Part shown: positions 16,386 to 25,244 of the stretch, one piece after another
How positions within the stretch are numbered: the first letter of the stretch is position 1
Layout: each line of letters begins with the position of its first letter
Notes under the pieces: model-generated
What the model saw: the letters and a program-made list of their open reading frames with translations, nothing else
Told to the model about the DNA's origin: nothing
Databases searched by the model: none
NCBI GenBank assembly: GCA_045613925.1
Contig: JAZLBV010000006.1
Location: forward strand, 19,224 to 83,223
Direction: 5' to 3'
Source of the DNA: Candidatus Enterousia sp.
GTDB taxonomy: Bacteria; Pseudomonadota; Alphaproteobacteria; Rs-D84
DNA length: 64,000 bases
Made by a program: the position numbers and the translations under genes

Positions 16386-17306
16386 ATGAAAATAGAAAAT
16401 TTTGATTTTTTGAAAGTATCTCCGTATGTATCAGATAAAAAAGAGTATTTTGAAGTAAATACTCTTGTGAAATTTGTTGATGCCAGTTATGGCAATTGGA
16501 AAATTACTGATAAGTTTAACGATAAAGGATACAATGGTAATATATATAGGGTGGTAAACAAACGGGGAGTTAAAGGATTGCTAAAACTGCCCCGTATAAG
16601 ATCAATAGATAATGAAAAGACTAGTAAGCAAAACCTGATTACAGAAATAAAAAATTTACTATTACTAACTGGCCACCCTAATATTCAATTGATACTTGAC
16701 AGCGATATAGCTGAAAATAATCCGTTTCTTGTTTACGAAGAAATTGTTGGTTCTACGCTAGACAAAATTGTAAAAAACAAACCAATTGAACCCCAAAAAG
16801 CTATTCTGGCAACAATTAACTTATTGGATACACTGCAATTTTGTCACAGTCAAAACATAGTGCACAGAGATATTAAACCAGATAATATTATTTGCAGAAA
16901 CGATGATATCAACGATATGGTCTTGATAGATTTTGGTTTATCAACAACGGCGAATTCTTCATCTGAAAAAGACTGGAATCGTATATGTTGCAACAGGAGT
17001 ATTGCTCTACCTGAATTATTTTTAGGTACGAACTAGTCAGATCCGCGCTCTGATATTTCATATGTATGCTGCGGGGTGTTATTTTATATGTTATATGGCT
17101 TTTTGCCAAGAATAATGACCGATGGTATGGGTATGTTGCCCACGACAGTAGAACAGGCACGCACAATACATAACAACTGGTCCCCCAGAATACAAGAACC
17201 CATTATGAATTTTTTTAGAAAAGCCTATTATCCAAATATCGACCAACGTTATCAGAATATTAAAGAAGCGCAAAGCGAATTGAAAAACATATTAAAACTG
17301 TTTTGA
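16386..17306 (+). pseudogene. Ser/Thr protein kinase interrupted by a single in-frame TAG (17034-17036)
   Basis: HRDIKPDNII catalytic loop and IDFGLS (DFG motif). ORFs 16380..17036 and 17076..17306 share one reading frame. Subdomain IX (SDISYVCCGVLFYMLYGFLP) continues after the stop. Confidence 0.7.
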
Positions 17307-17314
17307 TAAAATTC

Positions 17315-18142
17315 TTATAATTGCACTACCCTAACAACAAACACATTGCTGCTGGGAATCAAATTGCATTGCCGAATATCAATAGTAAATCTATCTGAAA
17401 TTGGTCCACTGGGCAATTCAACAAAATATCCCGCACAATAATCATATTGACCAGGTATCTGCGTAAACAGATTCAATTTTATAATATCAAAAATCTTTGC
17501 TTCGTCATTACGGTTAGACGCTTTTTTTGCTTCTATTACAATTTTATTATTTTTTCTGCCACGCATATGCGCTATTATGTCTGGGAAAACTCGTTTTACA
17601 TATTTTTTTGAATTATTCTTTGACGTAGAAAATTCTAAAAAACTTCCTGCAAAATCCGTTCCCACATCACTTTCGTCGGCAATCCTGACTGGATTATCCA
17701 AATCTTTTGCTAACTCAGAAAATATACCTCTAAGTTCAGATATTTCATTCCACCCAAATGCATACCGTAAGATTTCGAAAATGTTGTTATTCTTTGTTGT
17801 TTCTTTATTTTTATCAACAAAATTTTTAATCTCTTGTACAATATAGTCAAAATCCAGAGTCTTTGTGGTGTTAAGCTTTTTATTATACTCACAATCAACA
17901 TTATAATCAGGTAATAAATGTTGTAAATATTCCGCTATTTTATGTGTCTGTGCCCGCTCATTTAAATCTTTTTCAAATAGGTAAGTATCATCTTTTATAA
18001 AACGATTCAAAGCAGATATTATTAATTTATGATATTGTACCTTACCTGAAAAACAACCACAATGACAACATCTATATTCACAGACAAAATCTAAACAATT
18101 ATGACAGTGTAACATTTTTACTCTTTCGATTTTATCACACAA
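17315..18142 (-). CDS. Cys-rich (Zn-ribbon-like) N-terminus plus PD-(D/E)xK nuclease-fold protein
   Basis: CHNCLDFVCEYRCCHCGC at the N-terminus. FPDIIAHMRGRKNNKIVIEAKK is a canonical PD...ExK arrangement. Confidence 0.5.
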   Translation of the reverse strand: MCDKIERVKMLHCHNCLDFVCEYRCCHCGCFSGKVQYHKLIISALNRFIKDDTYLFEKDLNERAQTHKIAEYLQHLLPDYNVDCEYNKKLNTTKTLDFDYIVQEIKNFVDKNKETTKNNNIFEILRYAFGWNEISELRGIFSELAKDLDNPVRIADESDVGTDFAGSFLEFSTSKNNSKKYVKRVFPDIIAHMRGRKNNKIVIEAKKASNRNDEAKIFDIIKLNLFTQIPGQYDYCAGYFVELPSGPISDRFTIDIRQCNLIPSSNVFVVRVVQL

Positions 18143-18490
18143 TGACTATATTCAGTAATCATTATCAAAAGCTACTTAAGTAAGCGTACCTAAAAATAAA
18201 AGAATAATCAAGTTATTAAAATAAATTAATATATAATCTTGGTAATTAACGCACTTAATTTTTCTATATCACAGAATGTAGTACCGTGTAAATATTTTTC
18301 TTACTCACCTTTATTACCTTACTGACGGATGATTATTCCTAATATTATGCTGTTATTCAATAGTTTTTTTTACAAAACCGGCATTGACAAATCGGGCAAG
18401 GTATATAGTTGTGCTGGACTTGGGCGGATTGGAAACGCGTAGCGATATACACTGGTAATGTCGTGTGTAAAAACTGCCAGAAACCGAGCG

Positions 18491-18525
18491 AAAAAGAACA
18501 TCCTGTGGGATTGCCACGGGATGTT
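18491..18525 (-). terminator. intrinsic terminator downstream of tRNA-Ser
   Basis: aacatcctgtgg-gattg-ccacgggatgtt hairpin, followed on the minus strand by cttttt. Confidence 0.6.
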
Positions 18526-18534
18526 GAATTTTAC

Positions 18535-18624
18535 TGGCGGATGGGGAGGGATTCGAACCCCCGGAAGCCTTACGACTTCAGCGGTTTTCAAGACCGTCGC
18601 ATTCGACCGCTCTGCCACCCATCC
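18535..18624 (-). tRNA. tRNA-Ser (anticodon UGA)
   Basis: Reverse complement GGATGGGTGGCAGAGCGGTCGAATGCGACGGTCTTGAAAACCGCTGAAGTCGTAAGGCTTCCGGGGGTTCGAATCCCTCCCCATCCGCCA, with a long variable arm. Confidence 0.95.
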
Positions 18625-18705
18625 TAAACTTTTTTTCGACGGTTCTTTCAAACCGGCGGTTTTGGTAATGCGCAAACTTTCGTTTGCTCTTACCTCGCTT
18701 CGCAG

Positions 18706-18743
18706 TCAAGACCGTCGTATTCGACCGCGGCTTTCACCCGTCC
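18706..18743 (-). pseudogene. degenerate duplicate of the tRNA-Ser 5' half (acceptor to anticodon stem)
   Basis: Reverse complement GGACGGGTGAAAGCCGCGGTCGAATACGACGGTCTTGA against GGATGGGTGGCAGAGCGGTCGAATGCGACGGTCTTGA. The upstream flank aaagtttag is also duplicated. Confidence 0.7.
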
Positions 18744-18793
18744 TAAACTTTTCTGGCATTTTATATGTTAGCATAAAAAATGTCAAACTTTAT

Positions 18794-19639
18794 TTAATTA
18801 CTTCTTATAATATGTTCCCTATTTTGTTTTGATGCATAATACAAAACACCAGCACCAAGGATGAATATTCCCACAGATAATAACTGTCCCATGGTCAATC
18901 CCCATGATGTCAAAAATCCTATTTGTGCGTCTGGTTGACGAAATTGTTCACAAAAAATCCTGAACACCGCATAAATCATACATAATATTCCGCCCAGCGC
19001 ACCTGGGTATTTCTTTAAATTCGTTTTGGTATAAAGAGTTATCATTATAATGAATAAGACCAATCCTTCAAGAACAGCTTCGTAAATTGGGCTTGGGTGA
19101 CGGGGAAAATCTGGTCCCCCACGAAAAATCACACCAAAAATCGAATCGGTTGGACGTCCCATAATTTCCATATTTACAAAATTAGCTATGCGCCCCAACC
19201 CCAATCCCACCGGTGTAACAACCGCCAGCAAATCCAAAAGACGCAGAGAATTTCGAACAACTGATTTATCGTTGGTAAATTTTTGGGTTAAAACATATAT
19301 TACCACAGCAGCTATGACACCGATTAAACCGCCGTGAAAGCTCATTCCACCGTGCCAAACAGCAAAAATTTCCAATGGGTGCACCATAAAATATGAAAAA
19401 TTATAAAACAAAACATAACCGATTCGTCCGCCCAATATAACACCAAAAACAATTGCAGTTAAAAAATCATCCATTTGTTTATTGGTTAATTTTATCTGGG
19501 AATTTTTCGACATAACAAGTCGCTTAAATAGCCAAAAACCAAATACAAAGCCCGCTATGTACGCCAATGCGTACCAGCGCACAGGCACACCAAACACTGA
19601 AAAAGCAACCGGTGATATTGGATTTAAGACTATTGCCAT
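18794..19639 (-). CDS. lgt: prolipoprotein diacylglyceryl transferase
   Basis: VRWYALAYIAGF, GGRIGYVLFYN, HGGMSFHGGLIG, GRIANFVNMEIMGRPT and RHPSPIYEAVLEG motifs. Likely start MAIVLNP. Confidence 0.9.
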   Translation of the reverse strand: MAIVLNPISPVAFSVFGVPVRWYALAYIAGFVFGFWLFKRLVMSKNSQIKLTNKQMDDFLTAIVFGVILGGRIGYVLFYNFSYFMVHPLEIFAVWHGGMSFHGGLIGVIAAVVIYVLTQKFTNDKSVVRNSLRLLDLLAVVTPVGLGLGRIANFVNMEIMGRPTDSIFGVIFRGGPDFPRHPSPIYEAVLEGLVLFIIMITLYTKTNLKKYPGALGGILCMIYAVFRIFCEQFRQPDAQIGFLTSWGLTMGQLLSVGIFILGAGVLYYASKQNREHIIRSN

Positions 19640-19744
19640 TATAGACCCCTTTGGCGATATTTTATTATTTTGAATAGAATCTTTGCAATAAAAATATAAA
19701 AGGCCGCACAAAAAATGTGCGACCTTTTATGAATGTGTGTGCTT

Positions 19745-20230
19745 TTATATTTGATTACTGATTTGATTTAGGCACCATATATCTCTGGATTGTTGCGCAA
19801 CCATCACTTTAACATTAATCGATTGAATTCTTTCTCTGTCTTTTTTGCGACTTTTTTGTTGTTTGTTAAATTCTTGTTTGGACATACATATCACAAGACC
19901 GTCTGAGCGTCTTGCAAGTACCAACCCAGTGCGTTCTTGTTGCATAATCAAGGTATCTTTTAACGTATTAATTTTTTCTGCCAATCGTTTGGCTGAATCT
20001 ACATCAAATTTACTTGGTTCTTGACCTGCACTTGTTGATGCGTTAATTTTTTCAGCTGTTTCGTTGAAAGTTTGTATTTTCTTATACATTGTTTCACAGG
20101 TTTTAATTAAAAAATCTTTTTTGTCTTCCATACAACCATATCTGCTTATCAATTCAGCATTTTGCCCATTTTTGTCATATCTGAATAAATATGCAATCGG
20201 CAATTCTTTTCCAAAAATATCATCTGCCAT
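19745..20230 (-). CDS. hypothetical protein
   Basis: 161-aa ORF with no recognisable motif and a basic C-terminal region. Confidence 0.4.
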   Translation of the reverse strand: MADDIFGKELPIAYLFRYDKNGQNAELISRYGCMEDKKDFLIKTCETMYKKIQTFNETAEKINASTSAGQEPSKFDVDSAKRLAEKINTLKDTLIMQQERTGLVLARRSDGLVICMSKQEFNKQQKSRKKDRERIQSINVKVMVAQQSRDIWCLNQISNQI

Positions 20231-20392
20231 CTTTATACTCCCTTGGTTTGATTTTTTGTATTTCTGAGCCGATTATATATTGACAAAAAAAAAATGTCAA
20301 CTAAAAAATAAGAATTTATGTTCTGGTTTCGTCTTGAATTATTATTTGACCTGTATTATATTTGGTTTAACCAGAATCAAAAGGAGAAAAAA

Positions 20393-21103
20393 ATGGTTGC
20401 GAAGAAACGTTTATCACCGGTTAAACAAAAAACAGGCGGTATCGAAATTTATCTTAAACGTGTATTTGGGTTAATGACGGGTGCCGTTGGGGTTACCGCG
20501 TTGACGACTATATTTATGATAATAACAGGCACGTGGCGTGGTCTGATTCATAATGGCGGATTGTCTGCGGCATACTATATTATCGCATTTGGTGGTTTGG
20601 CGTTATCTATTTGGGCCCAGGCACGTGCGTTTTCTATGAAACCATCGACAGCTAAATGGTTGTTGGCTTTGTATTCAATCTTGATGGGTATTGCCATAAC
20701 ACCATTGGTGTTGATGTCAAGTCCTGTGTCAATAATGCTTGCAATAATATTGGCGACCATTATGTTCGGCTGTATGGCATTGTTCGGATATAAAACAGTC
20801 AAAGATTTGTCTTTTTTGGGTGTGTTTTTGTTTTTAGGTATGATAGGTTTAATTTTGGTTGGCGTTGTGTCTATGTTTATCCCATTGGGTGCAACGTTTA
20901 ATACGGTTGTTTGCTTGATTGGCGTCCTGGTGTTTGCTTTGTTCACTGCATACGATATGCAGACATTGAAAAATGCATATTATATGTTAGGCAACAACAC
21001 AGAACAAAAAGATCAGCTGGCGGTATTGGGTGCTTTACATATGTACGTGTCATTTATCGCTTTGTTTGAATATATATTAAGTTTGTTAAACAGCAGAAAT
21101 TAA
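20393..21103 (+). CDS. Bax inhibitor-1/YccA family membrane protein
   Basis: AAAGGAG RBS before MVAKKRLSP. It has seven hydrophobic segments, and the C-terminal part contains FTAYDMQTLKN. Confidence 0.8.
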   Translation: MVAKKRLSPVKQKTGGIEIYLKRVFGLMTGAVGVTALTTIFMIITGTWRGLIHNGGLSAAYYIIAFGGLALSIWAQARAFSMKPSTAKWLLALYSILMGIAITPLVLMSSPVSIMLAIILATIMFGCMALFGYKTVKDLSFLGVFLFLGMIGLILVGVVSMFIPLGATFNTVVCLIGVLVFALFTAYDMQTLKNAYYMLGNNTEQKDQLAVLGALHMYVSFIALFEYILSLLNSRN

Positions 21104-21122
21104 AAATATAAAAGGAAAAAAA

Positions 21123-21302
21123 ATGGCTTATAAAATAGATGCTAACAGATGTATAGGTTGCCACGCGTGTATGGGTGCGTGTCCTGCGATGGCTATTGTT
21201 GATGCACAAAATGGCAAATGTATGATTGATAAAACAAAATGTATGGGATGTGGAACATGTGCACAAGTGTGCCCTATGTCTGCAATTGAACCAGATTTAT
21301 AA
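21123..21302 (+). CDS. 2x[4Fe-4S] ferredoxin (59 aa, below the ORF-track cut-off)
   Basis: My translation is MAYKIDANRCIGCHACMGACPAMAIVDAQNGKCMIDKTKCMGCGTCAQVCPMSAIEPDL, with two CxxCxxCxxxCP motifs. Confidence 0.85.
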   Translation: MAYKIDANRCIGCHACMGACPAMAIVDAQNGKCMIDKTKCMGCGTCAQVCPMSAIEPDL

Positions 21303-21322
21303 AGAAAGCACGGGGGTTAAAA

Positions 21323-22684
21323 ATGCCTGCAAAATCAGTAAATGATATTATAGCACTTTGCAAAAGACGCGGTTTTATTTTCACAGGTTCCGAAATTTAT
21401 GGCGGCCTTGGTGGTGCGTATGATTACGGTCCGTACGGTGTTGAAATGATGCGCAACATTCGCAATGCCTGGTGGAATACTATGATTTATTCCCGCAACG
21501 ATATTGAAGGTTTAGATGCTGCATTAATAACCAATCGTTTAATGTGGAAATATTCTGGCCACGAAGGTAGTTTTTCTGATCCACTGGTTGAATGTAAAAA
21601 ATGTGGTGCACGTATGCGCCAAGATAAAATGAAAGACCCAACAAAATGTGACAACTGTGGCAGCACAGAAATAACCGAACCACGTGCATATCAGTTAATG
21701 ATGGGGCTGTCTATTGGTGCAACGGCAGATGGCGCGATAAACGCATATTTGCGTCCTGAAACCGCAACCACTACGTATGTGAATTTTAAAAATGTTTTGG
21801 ATTCTAAACCACACAAATTGCCTTTTGGAATTGCCCAGATTGGCAAGGCTTTTCGTAATGAAATTTCCCCGCGTGGTTTTGTTTTCCGTATGCGTGAATT
21901 TGAACAGGCTGAAATGCAATATTTTGTAAATCCTGTTGATGATGAAAAATATTTTGAATATTGGAAAAATGCGCGCCTGGCGTGGTGGATAAATGTATTA
22001 GGTATCCCAGCCGAAAAATTGCGTTTCACCCCACACGAAAAATTGGCGCACTATGCCAAAGCAGCTGTGGATATAGAATATGAATTCCCAGACGGATTTG
22101 ATGAAGTCGAAGGTGTTCATAATCGCCAAGATTTTGATTTGGGTTCGCATACTAAATCGCAAAGCGAATTTAAATTGGCTGCGAATGTTATGGAAAACAA
22201 AGATTCCACAATTAAATTGTCATATAGCGATGCACAAACTGGTGAAAATTTTGTTCCGTATGTTATTGAAACTGCAATGGGTGTAAATCGTGCTATGTTT
22301 GCAGTGATGCTGGAAGCATATAACGAAGAAGACCTGGGCGATGGAAAAACGCGTACAGTATTGAAACTGAAACCGTGGTTAGCACCTGTTAAAGCGGCGG
22401 TTATTCCGCTGGTTCGCAATGTTCCAGAAATTGTTGATTTATCAAATGAAATCGTAGATAGTTTGCGCAAATTGGGTATTGGTAAAATAGAATTAGAAAA
22501 TTCTGGGAACATTGGCAAGAACTATCGTCGCCACGATGAAATTGGGACACCTGTGTGTATAACAATCGATCATCAAACGTTGGAAGATGGTACACTTACA
22601 TTACGTCATCGTGATACGATGGAACAAGAACGAATCCACAAAGATGATTTGATAAAACGAATTCTTGAAATCGTTAATCAATAA
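21323..22684 (+). CDS. glyQS: glycine--tRNA ligase (homodimeric GlyQS type)
   Basis: RRGFIFTGSEIYGGLGGAYDYGPYGVEM ... GIAQIGKAFRNEISPR ... FRMREFEQAEMQYF. Confidence 0.9.
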   Translation: MPAKSVNDIIALCKRRGFIFTGSEIYGGLGGAYDYGPYGVEMMRNIRNAWWNTMIYSRNDIEGLDAALITNRLMWKYSGHEGSFSDPLVECKKCGARMRQDKMKDPTKCDNCGSTEITEPRAYQLMMGLSIGATADGAINAYLRPETATTTYVNFKNVLDSKPHKLPFGIAQIGKAFRNEISPRGFVFRMREFEQAEMQYFVNPVDDEKYFEYWKNARLAWWINVLGIPAEKLRFTPHEKLAHYAKAAVDIEYEFPDGFDEVEGVHNRQDFDLGSHTKSQSEFKLAANVMENKDSTIKLSYSDAQTGENFVPYVIETAMGVNRAMFAVMLEAYNEEDLGDGKTRTVLKLKPWLAPVKAAVIPLVRNVPEIVDLSNEIVDSLRKLGIGKIELENSGNIGKNYRRHDEIGTPVCITIDHQTLEDGTLTLRHRDTMEQERIHKDDLIKRILEIVNQ

Positions 22685-22691
22685 CAACAAA

Positions 22692-22716
22692 AACCGCCAA
22701 AACGGCGGTTTTTTTT
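22692..22716 (+). terminator. intrinsic terminator
   Basis: accgcc-aaaac-ggcggt hairpin followed by a T-run. Confidence 0.75.
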
Positions 22717-22825
22717 ATACTGCAAATCTCTTTTCATATTTGCATAAATATGTCAAGATAATTTATATTTTGACTTATGTTATGATATGTATCACAATAC
22801 GCACGTTATATCGCAAAGCATACTA

Positions 22826-22875
22826 TTGCCAATAATGGGTGGTATGGGTATAGCACCGATCTTGCCAATAATGGG
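22826..22875 (+). repeat. two 14-nt direct repeats TTGCCAATAATGGG, 36 bp apart, upstream of an OMP gene
   Basis: Exact copies at 22826-22839 and 22862-22875. Confidence 0.8.
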
Positions 22876-22912
22876 GGTTGGTTATTTCATCAAGTTAACA
22901 AAGGAGTTTTAG

Positions 22913-23926
22913 ATGAAAAAAACTTTGAAACATTTGATTGCCGCGACAGCATCTGTTGTGTCTACGGGCGCGTTTGCTGCATCAAATATTGAAAGTCCGC
23001 TTTATATGCCACAAAATCGCGAAGTTTATTTAAGAACTGGTGCCGCGATGATGTATAAAACGGTTGAAAAGACTGATGCTACCATAGCGAAAGATACAGA
23101 TGGGAACTGGGAATTTCCTGTATGGCGTTTTACTGGTGATATTGGATATGGTATTACGGACAGATTAGATGTTCACGGCCATTTCGGATACACCAAAGAC
23201 GGTAAAATTGACCGCAAGGGTATGCACCGTGGACGTGTTGGTTTAATGTATCGTGTTTTAACTGACGAAGATCCTTTTGTTTTGGATTTTTATGCCGACG
23301 GTTATTTATCTGGCATCACACCTATGAAGGGAACTTACACTGCCAGAGGTTTTAATTTTGACAATTATTCCAATGGTCGTTGGGGCGCAATTGCTGGAAC
23401 ACGTTTTGGTAAAACATTGGGTGATTTCACGTTGGGTGCACACGTTGAATATTTACAAACATTTGGAAATCATAATAACAAGATTGCGATTGATCGTAAT
23501 GTTCCTGTTACTGGTACTCCATACAATATGGGGCAAATTGGGTTTCCAGATGAAATTTCTGTGGATTTAAAATCTACACACGAAACAACTGCTGGATTTG
23601 ATGTAATGTATCAAATGAACACAAAGTGGTCTTTTGGTGCTGGATTTGAATATATTGAACACGCAAATAATGGTGTAAAGGGTGTTCATACACAAATGCC
23701 TAATGCGGCATCAGAACAAGTTGCTGCAGGCTTGGTAGAACTGACCAAAGATATGAAAGATGGTTGGGATGAATATGTTATAAAAACCAGTGCTGCATAT
23801 CAAATGACAGAAGATATTCAATTTGCAATATTTGGTGAATATACGATGGATGATTCTAATTCTAAATCGCAGAATGCCACTAATTGTAAAATTGAATTCG
23901 GTGCTCGTTTGAATGCACGTTTCTAA
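22913..23926 (+). CDS. outer-membrane beta-barrel protein
   Basis: Signal peptide ending AFA-AS. It shows an alternating beta-strand pattern, and its C-terminal residue is Phe (NARF). Confidence 0.65.
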   Translation: MKKTLKHLIAATASVVSTGAFAASNIESPLYMPQNREVYLRTGAAMMYKTVEKTDATIAKDTDGNWEFPVWRFTGDIGYGITDRLDVHGHFGYTKDGKIDRKGMHRGRVGLMYRVLTDEDPFVLDFYADGYLSGITPMKGTYTARGFNFDNYSNGRWGAIAGTRFGKTLGDFTLGAHVEYLQTFGNHNNKIAIDRNVPVTGTPYNMGQIGFPDEISVDLKSTHETTAGFDVMYQMNTKWSFGAGFEYIEHANNGVKGVHTQMPNAASEQVAAGLVELTKDMKDGWDEYVIKTSAAYQMTEDIQFAIFGEYTMDDSNSKSQNATNCKIEFGARLNARF

Positions 23927-23958
23927 AATTAAATAAAAAATAACTTTATATTGGACAA

Positions 23959-23985
23959 TTTGCACCCGAAAGGGTGCAATTTTTA
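23959..23985 (+). terminator. intrinsic terminator
   Basis: ttgcaccc-gaaa-gggtgcaa hairpin followed by a T-run. Confidence 0.75.
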
Positions 23986-24033
23986 TTTTATAATATAAAA
24001 ATGTTTTTAGGGCTTTTTTTGAACCCCAATTTA

Positions 24034-24042
24034 TGATATAAT
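24034..24042 (+). promoter_or_regulatory. extended -10 promoter element (TGATATAAT)
   Basis: An exact TGnTATAAT about 25 nt upstream of the 24068 start. Confidence 0.45.
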
Positions 24043-24067
24043 ATTCACAAAGGGATTTAGGAGAAAA

Positions 24068-25210
24068 ATGAAAAAAGCCTGCTTTTTTGCGACTTTCATT
24101 GGCATTATGTCGTCATTGCCGTTTGGGGTAGATGCCGCATATCCTGTATATAATCCACAGCAATTAGCACGCCAGGGGTATGTTATAAACACACAACAAT
24201 ATCCAACACAAAACGTGCAAACACAGTATCAACAGCGCACAAACATTATGCCCCAACAATTGGCGGCTGCATCTGCGGTTAATGGGCGTCCTATGGTGGC
24301 GGCTTCTAATCCAAATCGTGTAACAGGTTCGTTGCCACGCGTGGGGTCATCTGCAACAAATGCAGGACGTCAATATTACCAATCTGCTGATTATAACAGA
24401 TTGGCAGATAGTGGTTTATATGTTGGCTTGTCCGCCGGATATAATGTTATGACTAAGGGTTCAATGTCTGCTGATTATGCAAACGAAGAAAAGGCATTTT
24501 TGGCACCGGGTTCATTTGAACCGTCTGATTTTCAAAAAGATAGCGTAATTCCATTACAGGTATCTGTGGGTGCCGCGATAAATAGCGATGTTCGTGTTGA
24601 TTTTTCATTTTTGCGCTATTCTGGGCTTTCATACGCTAGCAACGTTCAAACATCCACAGGTGATGGCCTTACTGATGCGACGGTCAGTGGTGGTGCGATA
24701 ACATCAAATTCCACTATGTTAAACGTTTATTATAATGTGGATTCTTTCACTGGAAATATGGCGGGCGGTTCGTTGCGTCCATATGTTGGTGCTGGTGTTG
24801 GGTTGGCATTGAATACAATTGCTGATTATGTTGTATTTGATAATCATTTCTATGATGAAACAGATGGTTTGGGGCCAGGTTCCATTGCAGCAGGTTATTT
24901 GACCGCGGTTTCTGATATTTACGGTTATCATAATGGCGGAACTATGGAACAAATCGCATTTAATTTAGAAGCTGGTGTAACGACTGCTATGAACGATGGT
25001 TTAAAGCTTGATTTCTTCGTGCGTTATGCAAATTTGGGTAAAGTAAGAACTTCTGGTTCTATTGTTGTATCCCAGACCGAATGGTTAAGTGATGGTGCCG
25101 GCGATGAATATGAAGCCCCATACGATAGTGTATTTCATTATACTAATTGGTTTGAAAGCGGCAGATTAAATATGATGGATGTCGGTGTCAGATTAAGATT
25201 AGAATTTTAA
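24068..25210 (+). CDS. outer-membrane beta-barrel protein (Omp25/porin-family-like) with Gln/Pro-rich N-terminal extension
   Basis: Signal peptide. Beta-barrel repeats such as PYVGAGVGLA. The C-terminus is VRLRLEF. Confidence 0.65.
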   Translation: MKKACFFATFIGIMSSLPFGVDAAYPVYNPQQLARQGYVINTQQYPTQNVQTQYQQRTNIMPQQLAAASAVNGRPMVAASNPNRVTGSLPRVGSSATNAGRQYYQSADYNRLADSGLYVGLSAGYNVMTKGSMSADYANEEKAFLAPGSFEPSDFQKDSVIPLQVSVGAAINSDVRVDFSFLRYSGLSYASNVQTSTGDGLTDATVSGGAITSNSTMLNVYYNVDSFTGNMAGGSLRPYVGAGVGLALNTIADYVVFDNHFYDETDGLGPGSIAAGYLTAVSDIYGYHNGGTMEQIAFNLEAGVTTAMNDGLKLDFFVRYANLGKVRTSGSIVVSQTEWLSDGAGDEYEAPYDSVFHYTNWFESGRLNMMDVGVRLRLEF

Positions 25211-25244
25211 TCGTGGCGTGATATTTATCTGAAATATTACAAAA

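Noticed and set aside
18370-18534. Relatively GC-rich spacer downstream of tRNA-Ser, considered as an SRP RNA, sRNA or ORF (18409..18627, 18370..18675, 18458..18832).
   Set aside because: The ORFs run through the tRNA gene and are spurious. I saw no SRP domain IV-like motif. Only the terminator hairpin (18497-18525) is supportable.
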